Shown here: positions 8,443 to 19,132 of the stretch, piece after piece | Position numbering within the stretch: the first letter of the stretch is position 1 | Layout of the letters: each line of letters starts with the position of its first letter | Source: Acidobacteriota bacterium | GTDB lineage: Bacteria > Acidobacteriota > Thermoanaerobaculia > Multivoradales > UBA5704 | Direction of reading: 5' to 3' | Assembly: GCA_040005235.1 (NCBI GenBank) | Contig: JBDTZG010000005.1 | Coordinates: 96,001 to 160,000, forward strand | DNA length: 64,000 nucleotides | Made by a program: the position numbers and the translations under genes | Notes under the pieces: model-generated | Database searches by the model: none | What the model saw: only the letters and a program-made list of their open reading frames with translations | Told to the model about the DNA's origin: nothing

Positions 8443-9216
8443 ATGAACAGCCGTCTCTTCCTGCTCAAAGAACTGGTCCGGCGCGACGTCAAGGGGCGCT
8501 ATGCCGGTTCCCTATTCGGCCTGGTCTGGTCGTTCGCGCAGCCGCTATGGATGTTGGCGCTGTTCGGGTTCGTGTTTTCCTCGATCATGAAGGTGCCGGC
8601 GGTCGGGGTGAAGAACGGCAACTTCGCGATCTTCCTGTTCAGCGGTCTGCTCCCGTGGATGGCGGTTCAGGAGGGGATCCTGCGCGCCACCACCTCGGTG
8701 ACCGACAATTCGAGTCTGGTCAAGAAATTGCGCTTTCCGGCCGAGATCCTCGGCCTCGCGGTCGTGCTCGCGGCGCTGGTCCACGAGGGGATCGCGATGC
8801 TCGCGTTCTTCGCCGTAGTCGCCTGGACCGGAGAGATCTCCTGGCGTGGCCTGCCGCTGCTGCTGCTGGCGATCCCGGTTCAGGTGGCGCTCACCCTGGG
8901 AGTGGGATGGCTGTTGGCCGCCATCCACGTCTTTTTTCGCGATGTCGCGCAAATCTTGGGGATGGGGCTGACGGCTTGGTTTTACCTGACGCCGATCGTC
9001 TATCCGGCGTCGTACGTGCCAGAACGGCTTCGTTTTTGGGTCGGGCTCAACCCGTTAACCGGCCTCGTCGGGCTCTACCGAGCGGCGCTTCTCGCCGATT
9101 CGCCGCTTCCTTCGCGCGCCTCCCTGGTGTCGCTCGGCCTTTTCGCATGCGGGTTTTTCGCTCTCGGCGGGTGGCTTTTCAGGCGCCTCAAGGCCAGCTT
9201 CGTCGACGAGATCTAG
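8443..9216 (+). CDS. wzm: ABC-2 polysaccharide export permease
   Basis: LVRRDVKGRYAGSLFGLVWS, FYLTPIVYP and LNPL motifs; multiple TM segments. Confidence 0.92.
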   Translation: MNSRLFLLKELVRRDVKGRYAGSLFGLVWSFAQPLWMLALFGFVFSSIMKVPAVGVKNGNFAIFLFSGLLPWMAVQEGILRATTSVTDNSSLVKKLRFPAEILGLAVVLAALVHEGIAMLAFFAVVAWTGEISWRGLPLLLLAIPVQVALTLGVGWLLAAIHVFFRDVAQILGMGLTAWFYLTPIVYPASYVPERLRFWVGLNPLTGLVGLYRAALLADSPLPSRASLVSLGLFACGFFALGGWLFRRLKASFVDEI

Positions 9217-9304
9217 AATACGGCCTTCCGCGGCCCGGATCTTGCTCTTCGACGGCCGCGACCCAAAGTACGCTCTGGTCCCACCGATGACCTGGAGGCA
9301 AGAA

Positions 9305-11059
9305 ATGCCCACGTCCCACCTTCGTCCCATTCTCGCCGCGCTCTCGGCGTTCCTTCTTTGCAGCCTGGCCGGTCAGGCCCAGGCGACCGCGGCTCCGGCG
9401 GGTACGAAGGCGAAACCGGAGGTCGCGACCGAGAAGGATGCCAACATCGCGGAGACCGCGAACCCCGCGCATCCTGCGGACACCCCTTCCGATTTGGAGC
9501 CCACGAGCACCGATCCTGCCAATACGGGACCCCAGCCGCCGGATGGAGTCTGGTTGAAGGACCCGGAAGGGCGCCAATACTTCCTCGACAAGCTGGCCAA
9601 GTCGGCCGGGCCATACCAAAAGAACGACGATGGAACCGTCCGGACCGTCTGGGGCATCGTCCTCAAGATCGAGAAGGAAGACGACGAAAACTTCTATTAC
9701 CGGGTCTACAGGCAGACGGCGGCCGAAACCCCGATGTCCGCCCGCCCGGAGCCGCCGAGCCCGGAGATGCTGGATGCCGCAGCGAAGAGCTACGTCCAGG
9801 TTCCCCAGACGGCGAGCGTGAAGGCGACCGCGTTCTCCAAGGGGCTGCCGGCGACCGGCCAATGGCGTCATGGGTTCGTCCTGGCGGACATGAACGAGGA
9901 TGGTTTTCTCGACGTCGTGCACGGCGCGGCGCGCAAGACCCTGTCCGTGCCGCAGATCTTCCTCGGTGACGGCAAGGGCAACTGGCGTTATTGGTCGGAG
10001 GCGAAATACGCCCAGCGGCCTTACGACTACGGCGACGTCGCAGTGGCCGACTTGAACGGCGACAAGCACCTCGACTTGGTGCTCGCAGTCCACCTCCATG
10101 GCGTGATCGCCCTGTTGGGCGACGGCAAGGGCAAATTCACCGACTGGAGCAAGGGGCTCGATTTCGTCGTGTCGAAAGGGGGCGTGGCGCCGGGATTTTC
10201 GAGCCGGGCGGTCACGATCACCGATTGGAACGGCGACAAGCGGCCCGACATCATCGCGCTCGGCGAAGGGCCGCGCCTTTCGGTCGATCGATCCAACACG
10301 AACAACGAAGACTCAAACGGCATCGTGATCTATCTCAATCAGGGCAACGGCACCTGGGTACGGAAAGATCAAGGGACGGGAACCGACCAGCTGTTCGGCG
10401 ACGCCATCGTTCTCGGCGACCTGAATCATGACGGCCGAAAGGACATCCTGGTTCCATCCAATACCTTCAGCCGTAAAGACATCGTGAACTACGCCAAGAA
10501 GGACGGATCCTGGCAGAGCATCAACATTTCTACGCTGCGCCCCTCGGGCTACATCCGGGGGGTGGCGATCGCCGATTTCAACGGCGACGGAAGAAATGAC
10601 TTCGCCGCCGGGTTCGTCAATCGCGAACTCGGCCTCTGGCGCACCGGGGTCGACGTTCAGCTGGCGCAGGCCGACGGCAGCTGGAAGCGGGTTTCGCTCT
10701 GGGTGGTCGATGGGCGCACTTCGGTCACCGCCCTGGCCGCGGGGGATCTGAACGGCGACAAGAAGGCGGACCTGGTTGCCTTGACCGGCGACGGCGAGAC
10801 CTGGATCTTCCTCGGCGACGGCAAGGGTAGATTCGTCAAGGATGACGCCGGGATTCCCAAGCTGGAAGACTGCAAGGGCTATCACGCTGTGTTGATCGAC
10901 GTGGACAAGGATGGAAAAGCCGAGCTTCTGAGCACCTTCGCCGGGGAGGCCTCGCCCCTCCTCGCCCCTGGCCGCTGCCCCTCGGGCGGAGCGATCCAGG
11001 CCTGGCATTTCTCGGCGAACGAAGCCCCCGCGACCGAAAAGGCATCATCAACCCCTTGA
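9305..11059 (+). CDS. Secreted FG-GAP/VCBS repeat beta-propeller protein
   Basis: Signal peptide; repeated DxNxDGxxD / DxNGDxxxD motifs; GGAGG RBS before ATG 9305. Confidence 0.88.
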   Translation: MPTSHLRPILAALSAFLLCSLAGQAQATAAPAGTKAKPEVATEKDANIAETANPAHPADTPSDLEPTSTDPANTGPQPPDGVWLKDPEGRQYFLDKLAKSAGPYQKNDDGTVRTVWGIVLKIEKEDDENFYYRVYRQTAAETPMSARPEPPSPEMLDAAAKSYVQVPQTASVKATAFSKGLPATGQWRHGFVLADMNEDGFLDVVHGAARKTLSVPQIFLGDGKGNWRYWSEAKYAQRPYDYGDVAVADLNGDKHLDLVLAVHLHGVIALLGDGKGKFTDWSKGLDFVVSKGGVAPGFSSRAVTITDWNGDKRPDIIALGEGPRLSVDRSNTNNEDSNGIVIYLNQGNGTWVRKDQGTGTDQLFGDAIVLGDLNHDGRKDILVPSNTFSRKDIVNYAKKDGSWQSINISTLRPSGYIRGVAIADFNGDGRNDFAAGFVNRELGLWRTGVDVQLAQADGSWKRVSLWVVDGRTSVTALAAGDLNGDKKADLVALTGDGETWIFLGDGKGRFVKDDAGIPKLEDCKGYHAVLIDVDKDGKAELLSTFAGEASPLLAPGRCPSGGAIQAWHFSANEAPATEKASSTP

Positions 11060-11085
11060 CACCCGAACGAACCGAACTCTATAGT
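11056..11085 (+). promoter_or_regulatory. Near-consensus sigma70 promoter
   Basis: TTGACA-N18-TATAGT, about 250 nt upstream of the ATG at 11338. Confidence 0.7.
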
Positions 11086-11337
11086 GCGGCAGCATAAACG
11101 CCTGAGGCGACCCGACTCGTCCGCAAAACATCGCGAACGTACCAGCACGGTGACCCTCTTCGACTCGAAAACGCCCAGCCCCCGGTCACTAGGACCGTGT
11201 GCGTTCGAAACGACTTTACGGATTGCCAAACTTTGAACGGGAGGTGATGTTCCCGAGCTGGTCTTAAGCCAGCAAGCTCTACCCATCGGATGGAACATCG
11301 CAGGTTTTCTCAACCACGTGCTAGGAGATTGTCAACA

Positions 11338-12615
11338 ATGAAGAAAACGGTTAGCTGTCTCGCTCTCTTGGGCCTTTTGGCCCTGGGCGGCCAGGCCGTT
11401 GCGACGATCTGCACCATCGATGACGTGCCGGCGGCGACCCTGCTGCTGCCGTACTTCGAGGTCGATCTGAACAACCCGAACGGGATCAACACCCTGTTCT
11501 CCATCAACAATGCCTCCGCGACCGCCGTTCTCGCCCACGTCGTCCTGTGGTCGGATCTCTCGGTCCCGACGTTCGACTTCAACGTCTACCTCACCGGTTA
11601 TGACGTCCAGTCCATCAGCATCCGCGACATCTTCAACGGCACGGTGCCGCGCACCGCGTCGGCGGGCCAGGACCCGGGTGACACCATCAGCCACAAGGGT
11701 ACCTTCTCGCAGGACATCAACTTCGCCAGCTGCAACGGCCAGTTGCCGCCGCCGGCGGTTCCGGCCTCGTTCGTCACCCACCTGCGCGCCGCGCACACGG
11801 GTACGTTCTCGGCCATCCTGAACGGCTGCGCTGGTCGGGCCTTTGGCGACAACATCGCCCGTGGCTACGTCACGGTCGACACCGTCAACAACTGCACCCT
11901 GCGCTTCCCGGGTGATGCCGGCTACTTCGCTTCCGGCGGCACGGGCGACGCGACCAACCAGAACGTGCTCTGGGGCGACTACTTCTACGTCAACTCGGGC
12001 GAGAACTTCGCCCAGGGTGAGACGCTCGTCCACATCCAGGCTTCGGCCACGAACCCGGAGACCTCGGTCGCCGGTCAGTACACCTTCTATGGTCGTTACG
12101 TGAACTGGACGGCCGCGGACAACCGCGAGCCGCTCTCGACGAACTTCGCCGCCCGCTACATCAACGGCGGAGCGTTCACCGGTGGTACGGACTACATCGT
12201 GTGGCGCGACTCGAAGGTCGACCAGAACGCGTTCAAGTGCGGCACGACCCCGGCGTGGTACCCGCTCGGCGAAGAGCAGATCGTGATCTTCGACGAGGCC
12301 GAGACCCCCGAGCTGCAGCAGGTTCCGCCGTTCTCGCCGCCGCCTCCGGGCGACTTCCTGATTCCGTTCCCGGCCGAGTCGCAGCGTACGGCCGTTGACG
12401 GACAGGACTTCCCGGTGTCGTTCGACTTCGGCTGGATCTTCCTGAACCTGAACACCACGGTGGCTGCGGCGGGTTCCAACCCGCCGGAAGATCCGGCGGC
12501 GGCTCAGGCTTGGGTGACGGTGATCATGGACGCTTCGGGCAGGTTCAGCGTTGGTTATGACGCGATCCAGCTCGACAGCGCCTGCGCGGCCAGCCACTTC
12601 CTGATCGGCGGCTAA
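11338..12615 (+). CDS. Secreted protein, probably highly expressed (candidate S-layer/major surface protein)
   Basis: Signal peptide; strongly biased codons (TTC, AAC, ATC); own promoter, AGGAG RBS and terminator. Confidence 0.8.
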   Translation: MKKTVSCLALLGLLALGGQAVATICTIDDVPAATLLLPYFEVDLNNPNGINTLFSINNASATAVLAHVVLWSDLSVPTFDFNVYLTGYDVQSISIRDIFNGTVPRTASAGQDPGDTISHKGTFSQDINFASCNGQLPPPAVPASFVTHLRAAHTGTFSAILNGCAGRAFGDNIARGYVTVDTVNNCTLRFPGDAGYFASGGTGDATNQNVLWGDYFYVNSGENFAQGETLVHIQASATNPETSVAGQYTFYGRYVNWTAADNREPLSTNFAARYINGGAFTGGTDYIVWRDSKVDQNAFKCGTTPAWYPLGEEQIVIFDEAETPELQQVPPFSPPPPGDFLIPFPAESQRTAVDGQDFPVSFDFGWIFLNLNTTVAAAGSNPPEDPAAAQAWVTVIMDASGRFSVGYDAIQLDSACAASHFLIGG

Positions 12616-12630
12616 ATCAAGAAGCCCCTG

Positions 12631-12654
12631 GGGTGGGTTCGAACGAACCCACCC
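12631..12654 (+). terminator. Rho-independent terminator
   Basis: GGGTGGGTTCG-AA-CGAACCCACCC stem followed by CTAGTTTT. Confidence 0.8.
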
Positions 12655-12903
12655 CTAGTTTTCCGCTCTTCCCTTTTGGATTCTTTGGCTTCCGCGATCT
12701 GGCCCTCGCCGCCCTGGCGTGAGGCAGATCGGAGGAGCCGCCAGCCTTGGCATTTTCCAGAGCGCGCATGATCGGACCCGAACGCGACCGCGTACGCTAC
12801 CGATCGGCTCGTCCCCCCGTCGCGGGAAGCCGGTTCCGCGCAATCGCGGTGCCCCGCTTCTCAGGTTCTGATCGTCTTGCCCCATGGGGAGCCCGAGAGA
12901 CTT

Positions 12904-15900
12904 ATGAATCAAATCCATAGCTCAGCCCGTTTCAGCCTTCTGTTCGCCGTCTTGGTTGCGAGCGGACTCTCGAATTACCGAGCCCTTGCGCAGAATTGCG
13001 AAGGGGACGGAGGCTGCGGGTTCATGGCCTGCAAGACTCCCGCGCACCCGGTCCCTCAGCAACTGTGGGGAGAGCTCGAGCCGGTTGACGTGGGAGTGAT
13101 CGCGCCGGCCCGGGATAACACTGATTTCAACGAGTTCACCAGCTCGTACGGGGTCGCAAATCCGCTCTGGATGTCTTTGGACATCGATTCCGGATACCTC
13201 TACGCGGTGATTTCTCACGGTTTTCAAGTTTGGGACATCCGATCGACCCCGGCCAACCCGGTGTCGGTCAAGACGATCGCGGCGCCGTCGACGTTTCTCT
13301 TCTGGCCCCAAGGCGAACTAAAGGTGCCGCTGCGCGACATCGACGTCGAAGGAACCCTGGGGGCGATCGCCGGCCAATCCGACATCGGTGTAACCCTCTG
13401 GGATTTCACCGATCGGACGACCCCCCGTCTGCTCTACCAGAATTCCGGCTACGTCGGCAATCAGGTCTATACGACGACGATCGGCAACCAGGAATATGCG
13501 TTTTTCGCCGCGGATGCGGGCGGCGCGCACCCTGTCAGCCGGCCGGGCGGCCTGCTCGCCTACAACATGACTCGGGCTCGCGCGATCGCCCCTTCGGTTC
13601 CCTGCCTCGACGACTTCGCCGGTAGTTGCTCGGGGGTATACGTCGGCCATATCGCGGCTCGCACCCAGGTTCGCTACGTCGACGGCGTCGACAACTTCGT
13701 CGCCCTGGGAACCGGGCCGCTCGCCAGCGTCGAGATCTGGGATGTCGCAAATCCCGGTGCGCCGGTGCAGAAGCTTTCAGGGCTGTCCAGCGTCTATGGC
13801 GTCGCGATGTGGAAGAGCGGCGGCCGCTACTACCTCGGTGTGCGGACGGACTTTGCCGGCAGCATCTACGACGTATCCTGCATTACCGGATCCTCCTGCA
13901 GCATCGGCAGCCCGATTTGGTCAAAGGCGATGCCCGGCGGAACCGAGGAACTGTACGTCACCTATTCCAGCAGCGCGGGGCGCCCGTTCCTCTACTTCGG
14001 TTCGGACAACGCCTGCGGCGCTTTCCCCCCCGACCCGCAGCGCGAGTTCCTGGTTGACGTCTCGGTTCCCTCGCAGGCGCACGACATCACGCCGCCGCAG
14101 AAGGTCACCCTCGGCGGCCAGCAAACCGGATATTGGGATTATTACTACCGGCGCAACCCTACGGGCTTCAACCGGGTCATGCCCAGAATGGGCAAGTTCG
14201 AGAACCAGTATTTCTATCGTGCGGCCCAATCGCTCCTCGACATCCACCGACGGACGGGCGGCGTTGCCCCGGTCGTCGATTTCGATTGGAGCCCGGCGAA
14301 CATCTATCCGGGCACCGCGGTGAGCTTCAACGATCTCTCCTCCGGAGCGCCCACCTCGTGGGCCTGGAACTTCCAGCCTGACGGCAATCCGACCGCCTCC
14401 TCGGCGCCCAACCCGATCGGGGTGACGTTCGACAGCGTCGGAGCGAAGACGATCTCGTTGACTGCGACCAACCCGGCAGGGAGCGGATCGCGGAACAAGA
14501 CGCTCACCGTGCTCGATCCTGCACCGGTGATCGCGAGCGTCTCGCTCTCGCCGCAGAATCCGATCGTCTGCCAGCCGGTGACCTTCTCGGCGACGGGAGT
14601 GACCGGCCAGCCGACGCTCGGCTATAGCTGGCAGGTAACGACCCGTCCGGGCGGCTCGCCGGTCACCTCCAGCACCAGCCCGAGCTTCACGTGGAGCACG
14701 GTCGGAACGCTCTCGGGCGACTACACGGCGACTCTCCAGGTCCAAAACACGATCTCAACGGCGACCCGGTCGGTCGACTTCACACTCGGCGCCCTTTCGC
14801 CCTTGCCTAATCTGTTCGCACCGACCGCCGATCCTTTCGTGGCCGGCACGGTTCAGTTCCATGTCGTGGCTGCGGGTGCCACCGAATGGAGCTGGGATTT
14901 CGGCGACGGCACGGGTTTCAAGCCATACACCAATGATCCGGTGGCCGGACCGAACCCAACGTTCACCTATACGAGCATCGGATCGAAGGTCGTCCGCGTG
15001 AAGGTCCGGAACTGTGTCGAGGCCGAGAAGACCAGCGACCCGCTCTCGATTACGATCCTGCAGACCTCGCCATTGATTGCCATGTTCCAGGCTTCCGGGC
15101 TGTTCTGCGGCTTCGGATGCATCGCTGACCTCAATGTGCCGATCACCTTCGTCGACAGCTCTCAGGGTGCCCAGTTCTACGACTACGACTGGGACGGCAA
15201 CGGATCGTACGAAGAGTCGGGACGCACCACACCCCAGACCAGCCATACCTATACGGTCGCGGGTACGTACGGGCCGAAGCTTCGGGTGCGGCGAGGAGCC
15301 TCGGAAGAGAACGTGTTCACTCACTCGAACATCATCTTGAGCGGCGTCGTCACTCCGGTGAGCGTTACGGTGGGCGGAGCCAGCTCGGGGAACATCAACG
15401 TACCGGCGACCCTTACGGCGAGCGCTTCGGGCTGCAATCCGGCCTCTGCGGGATGGGTCTGGGGAGCGGGCGGCGGCACGATCAACGGCGGCTCGACCGC
15501 TTCGACGGTCTCGATCACCTGGACGACCGTCGGCAGCAAGACGGTCACGGCGAGCAACACCGCTTGCGTGGGATCCACCGGCACCCGGCAGGTGACGATC
15601 ACTGATCCCGGAACGGGCGGCGGCGGCGGAACGCTGGCCTCATTGTTCACGTTCACGCCGAGCAGCCCGACCGCGGGCCAGGCCATCACCTTCAACGGCA
15701 CCAGCTCGACCGGCTCGCCTACGGGCTATGCCTGGGAGTTCGGCGATGGCCAGTCGGCCTCCGGTGTGACGGCTTCTCATGCCTTTGGGACTACGGGGAC
15801 CTACAGCGTTCGACTCACGGTCACCAAGTCGGGCACAGGACCGGGGTGCCTGTTCGGCACCTGCGTCTCGGAGAAGGTGACGGCTGTCGTCGTCGGCGGT

Positions 15901-17604
15901 CCGCCGCCGCCGACCTTCGAGATCGATTTCTCGACCTCGGCACCCTGCACCAGCCAGTTCGGGATCGAGCTCTGCACGGGCGACACAGGCGCCGTGATCA
16001 ACTTCACCTCGACCAGCGTCGGGGCGAGCAATCTCACCTGGAGCTTTGGCGATTCCACCCCGGGTGCGAGCGGCAGCACGGCGGTTCACACCTACGCCGC
16101 GGCCGGGAGCTACACGGTCTCCCTCACCGGAACCAACGGCTCCCAGACCAAGACGAAGACTCGGGTCTTCCAGATCACGGGCGTTACGACCACCGGCGGC
16201 AAGTCGGTCATCCTCCCCTGGATCGCCCAGACGCGCGGCGTGGTCACCCAGTCGAGCGATCTGTACGTCTTCAACCCGGGCGACCAACCGATCACGGTCG
16301 ACCTCAAGTTCTTGAAGCGGGGAACGGTGGAGGCGAATCCGCCGCTCCAGACCCGGACCATTCCCGCCGGTGGAACGCTGTTCGTCGGAGACGTCTTGGG
16401 TCAGTTGTTCTCTCGCGAGAACACGGTCGGCTTCATCACCGCTGAGGTGACCGACGGTTCGGCCAATCCGGTCGTCCTGTCGTTCAACAACACGTTGCAG
16501 ACGGACGGCTCGAAGTTCGGTCAAACGGTGCCCGGCATCTCGATGTCCGACACCGCCGGTACCGCCGACGCCCAGGCTCGGATGTACCTAATCGGGCTCA
16601 ACGACAACTCGGATCGCGTGGCCTACTTCGGCTTAAGCAATCCGCACTCGGAACCCGCCGTCTACCAGATCCGCCTCTTCGATGCGCTGGGCCACCAAAT
16701 AGGCCAGTCGGACGACCTGACGCTTGGCCGCTTCGGCCAGAAGCAGTTCCAGCCTCAGGAAATCCGCGATCTCGGCGTGGCCAACGCCACGGATTACCGG
16801 GTTGAGATCGAACCGAAGTCGGGCGGACGGATCTATCCTTACGGCACCAACCTCCGGGTGGCGACGCAAGATCCGGCGTTCGCCAGCGCCGAAACGCCGG
16901 CCGGCAAGAAGCTCTTCCTGATCGGCTCACTCAGCCAGCCGGGGCTCAACCACACGCTGTACCAGACCGACGCAGTCCTGTCGAACCCGCTCGCCCAGGC
17001 GATCGCGATCGACATGACGTTCACCGCGGTCGGCGTATCGAGCCTGCCGCAGACGCCGGTTCGAGTCACGCTCCAGCCGGGCGAGAGCCAGCGTCTGGCC
17101 AACGTGATCGCCGACAAGTGGCACATCACGGATCAGGTCGGGTACCTGTCCTTCCAGAGCACGACGGCGGACGGACCATTGCCGCGCTTGACCGGTGAGA
17201 GCTACGACAACGCGAATCCGGCGCGCCGGTTCGGTCAGTCGATGATCCCGCAGTCCGACCAAGAGGCGGCCGGCGTGGGTAAGGGTCAGGCTCTGGTGGG
17301 GATGCGTCAGGGTTCATCCTGGCGCACGACGATCTGGCTGATGAATCCTTCGACCGATCAGGGTCTCTACGACGTGATCTATCGCAAGCTGGATGGCACG
17401 ATCCTCGGCCGGTTTACCAGCCTGCCGCTCGGCCCGGGCAAGATGAAGCAGATCCGTCCGAGCGAGCACCCCCTGGGAGGCTTGGCGATCGAGGACGGCT
17501 TCACGGTTCAGGTGTTGGTCAAGGCGGGTAAGGTTCTGGCCGCCGGTCAGGTGATCAACAACCGGACCAACGATCCCGCGTACATCCGCGGTGAGACCCG
17601 GTAG
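12904..17604 (+). CDS. Large secreted surface protein: N-terminal propeller-like region, multiple PKD domains, C-terminal repeated beta domains
   Basis: Signal peptide; PKD signatures WSWDFGDG, YAWEFGDG, WSFGDS and HTY..AGTY. Confidence 0.88.
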   Translation: MNQIHSSARFSLLFAVLVASGLSNYRALAQNCEGDGGCGFMACKTPAHPVPQQLWGELEPVDVGVIAPARDNTDFNEFTSSYGVANPLWMSLDIDSGYLYAVISHGFQVWDIRSTPANPVSVKTIAAPSTFLFWPQGELKVPLRDIDVEGTLGAIAGQSDIGVTLWDFTDRTTPRLLYQNSGYVGNQVYTTTIGNQEYAFFAADAGGAHPVSRPGGLLAYNMTRARAIAPSVPCLDDFAGSCSGVYVGHIAARTQVRYVDGVDNFVALGTGPLASVEIWDVANPGAPVQKLSGLSSVYGVAMWKSGGRYYLGVRTDFAGSIYDVSCITGSSCSIGSPIWSKAMPGGTEELYVTYSSSAGRPFLYFGSDNACGAFPPDPQREFLVDVSVPSQAHDITPPQKVTLGGQQTGYWDYYYRRNPTGFNRVMPRMGKFENQYFYRAAQSLLDIHRRTGGVAPVVDFDWSPANIYPGTAVSFNDLSSGAPTSWAWNFQPDGNPTASSAPNPIGVTFDSVGAKTISLTATNPAGSGSRNKTLTVLDPAPVIASVSLSPQNPIVCQPVTFSATGVTGQPTLGYSWQVTTRPGGSPVTSSTSPSFTWSTVGTLSGDYTATLQVQNTISTATRSVDFTLGALSPLPNLFAPTADPFVAGTVQFHVVAAGATEWSWDFGDGTGFKPYTNDPVAGPNPTFTYTSIGSKVVRVKVRNCVEAEKTSDPLSITILQTSPLIAMFQASGLFCGFGCIADLNVPITFVDSSQGAQFYDYDWDGNGSYEESGRTTPQTSHTYTVAGTYGPKLRVRRGASEENVFTHSNIILSGVVTPVSVTVGGASSGNINVPATLTASASGCNPASAGWVWGAGGGTINGGSTASTVSITWTTVGSKTVTASNTACVGSTGTRQVTITDPGTGGGGGTLASLFTFTPSSPTAGQAITFNGTSSTGSPTGYAWEFGDGQSASGVTASHAFGTTGTYSVRLTVTKSGTGPGCLFGTCVSEKVTAVVVGGPPPPTFEIDFSTSAPCTSQFGIELCTGDTGAVINFTSTSVGASNLTWSFGDSTPGASGSTAVHTYAAAGSYTVSLTGTNGSQTKTKTRVFQITGVTTTGGKSVILPWIAQTRGVVTQSSDLYVFNPGDQPITVDLKFLKRGTVEANPPLQTRTIPAGGTLFVGDVLGQLFSRENTVGFITAEVTDGSANPVVLSFNNTLQTDGSKFGQTVPGISMSDTAGTADAQARMYLIGLNDNSDRVAYFGLSNPHSEPAVYQIRLFDALGHQIGQSDDLTLGRFGQKQFQPQEIRDLGVANATDYRVEIEPKSGGRIYPYGTNLRVATQDPAFASAETPAGKKLFLIGSLSQPGLNHTLYQTDAVLSNPLAQAIAIDMTFTAVGVSSLPQTPVRVTLQPGESQRLANVIADKWHITDQVGYLSFQSTTADGPLPRLTGESYDNANPARRFGQSMIPQSDQEAAGVGKGQALVGMRQGSSWRTTIWLMNPSTDQGLYDVIYRKLDGTILGRFTSLPLGPGKMKQIRPSEHPLGGLAIEDGFTVQVLVKAGKVLAAGQVINNRTNDPAYIRGETR

Positions 17605-19132
17605 CGGTAACGGGACCAGCGAACCGGTGTACGACGAGAGGCCGTCGGAGGTGACTCCGGCGGCCTCTTTTACTTCCCGCTTGCTGCAATCCCCGCGATC
17701 CCTTCGGTCGGCAGCCTTGCCGGCTCTTCCCTCTTTGATTCTTCTGCTCGTCGGTCTGGCTTCGAGCTGCGGCTTGAAAGGGCCGGATTCCGCGCCTTCG
17801 GAGGCCAAAGTAGGCCCTTCGGCCGCGCCCACTACCGCTCGGCCGGAGTCCAATCAGTCCGGCGGCCCCGAGGACGCCGATCTCTCGGGTAAATGGCGCC
17901 GGGCGCGCCCCGGCGGCGCTGCATCGGCCGAGGGCGAGCAATCGCTGCCGAATCTGCGGGCCTTGCCCTATCTCCAAGGGTATCGGCCGGCCGAAGATCA
18001 CCCGGTCGTCGGCCATCTGATTCCCGGAGCGGAACAAAAGGGGCTGAACCTCTACCTTTCGGGGCATGCCGCCGAAGCGGTGCTGATGGACATGGACGGT
18101 CGCCCCCTTCACGCCTGGCGCTATCCCCTCCGCCGGCTTTGGCCCGATCTCGCGAAAGATCCGGCGATGGCCAAATTGGAGTATTGGCGCCGGGCCTTTC
18201 TGTTTCCCAATGGCGACCTGCTGGGCATCTACGAGGGGCAGGGGCTGGTGAAGCTGGACGCCCGATCGCGCGTCATCTGGTCGCACCGGGGCGGGATTCA
18301 TCACGATCTCGAGGTGACGGCCGACGGTGACATCTGGGTGCTCGACCGCGACGGAAAGCTTATTCCCCGTCTGAACCCGAAGGAAGGAATCCTCGAAGAC
18401 ATGATCACGGTACTCAAGTCCGACGGTACGGTCCGGCGCCGGATCTCGATCCTTCATGCTTTCGAGCATTCCCGCTATCGCGGCCTGCTTTCGCGGCGGC
18501 CCCCCGCGGGCGACATCTTCCACACCAACACGCTGGAGATTCTGGATGGCCGGTTCGCGGCCCGAAATCCCGAATTGCGCAAAGGCAACGTCCTGATCTC
18601 GGTGCTCAAGCTCGACACGATCGCAATCCTCGATCCGGATCGCGAGGAAATCGTCTGGGCCGAGACCGGAAGCTTCCGGCGGCAGCACCAACCGACGCTT
18701 CTTCATGACGGTCATTTGTTGATGTTCGATAACACCGGGTTGGGGGGAGATAGATCGCGGGTGTTGGAGATCGATCCTTTCGGTCCCTTCCCCAATCGCG
18801 TCCTCTGGCAATTCGGAGGGCGTGCCGGCCAAGAGTTGTTCTCGAAGACCCTCGGTTCCTGCCAGAGGCTCGCGGGGGGAAACACGTTGATCACGGAGTC
18901 CGAAAACGGCCGTGCGCTGGAGGTCGATCCCCAGGGCCGAGTCGTCTGGGAATTTCGCAATCCGCACCGGGCCGGTGCAAGAGGCGAGCTGGTCGCGGTT
19001 TTGTTCGAGATGTTACGTCTGCCGCTCGATTTCCCGTTCCCCCCGGGACGCGGTACCATCGACGACAAGAGCCCTAGAGGAATCGGCAGAGCGGCGGTTG
19101 CGCCGCGCGCCGTCTTAGCGCACCGGAGGTGA
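17591..19132 (+). CDS. Arylsulfotransferase (ASST)-family lipoprotein
   Basis: IHHDL, DIFHTNTL, RQHQP, LMFDN and GNTLITES motifs; lipobox-like LASSC; true start uncertain. Confidence 0.78.
   Translation: MRPGSGNGTSEPVYDERPSEVTPAASFTSRLLQSPRSLRSAALPALPSLILLLVGLASSCGLKGPDSAPSEAKVGPSAAPTTARPESNQSGGPEDADLSGKWRRARPGGAASAEGEQSLPNLRALPYLQGYRPAEDHPVVGHLIPGAEQKGLNLYLSGHAAEAVLMDMDGRPLHAWRYPLRRLWPDLAKDPAMAKLEYWRRAFLFPNGDLLGIYEGQGLVKLDARSRVIWSHRGGIHHDLEVTADGDIWVLDRDGKLIPRLNPKEGILEDMITVLKSDGTVRRRISILHAFEHSRYRGLLSRRPPAGDIFHTNTLEILDGRFAARNPELRKGNVLISVLKLDTIAILDPDREEIVWAETGSFRRQHQPTLLHDGHLLMFDNTGLGGDRSRVLEIDPFGPFPNRVLWQFGGRAGQELFSKTLGSCQRLAGGNTLITESENGRALEVDPQGRVVWEFRNPHRAGARGELVAVLFEMLRLPLDFPFPPGRGTIDDKSPRGIGRAAVAPRAVLAHRR

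Noticed and set aside
11332-12597. 421-aa minus-strand ORF and similar long antisense ORFs across the window
   Set aside because: Mirror frames produced by strong codon bias in the sense genes
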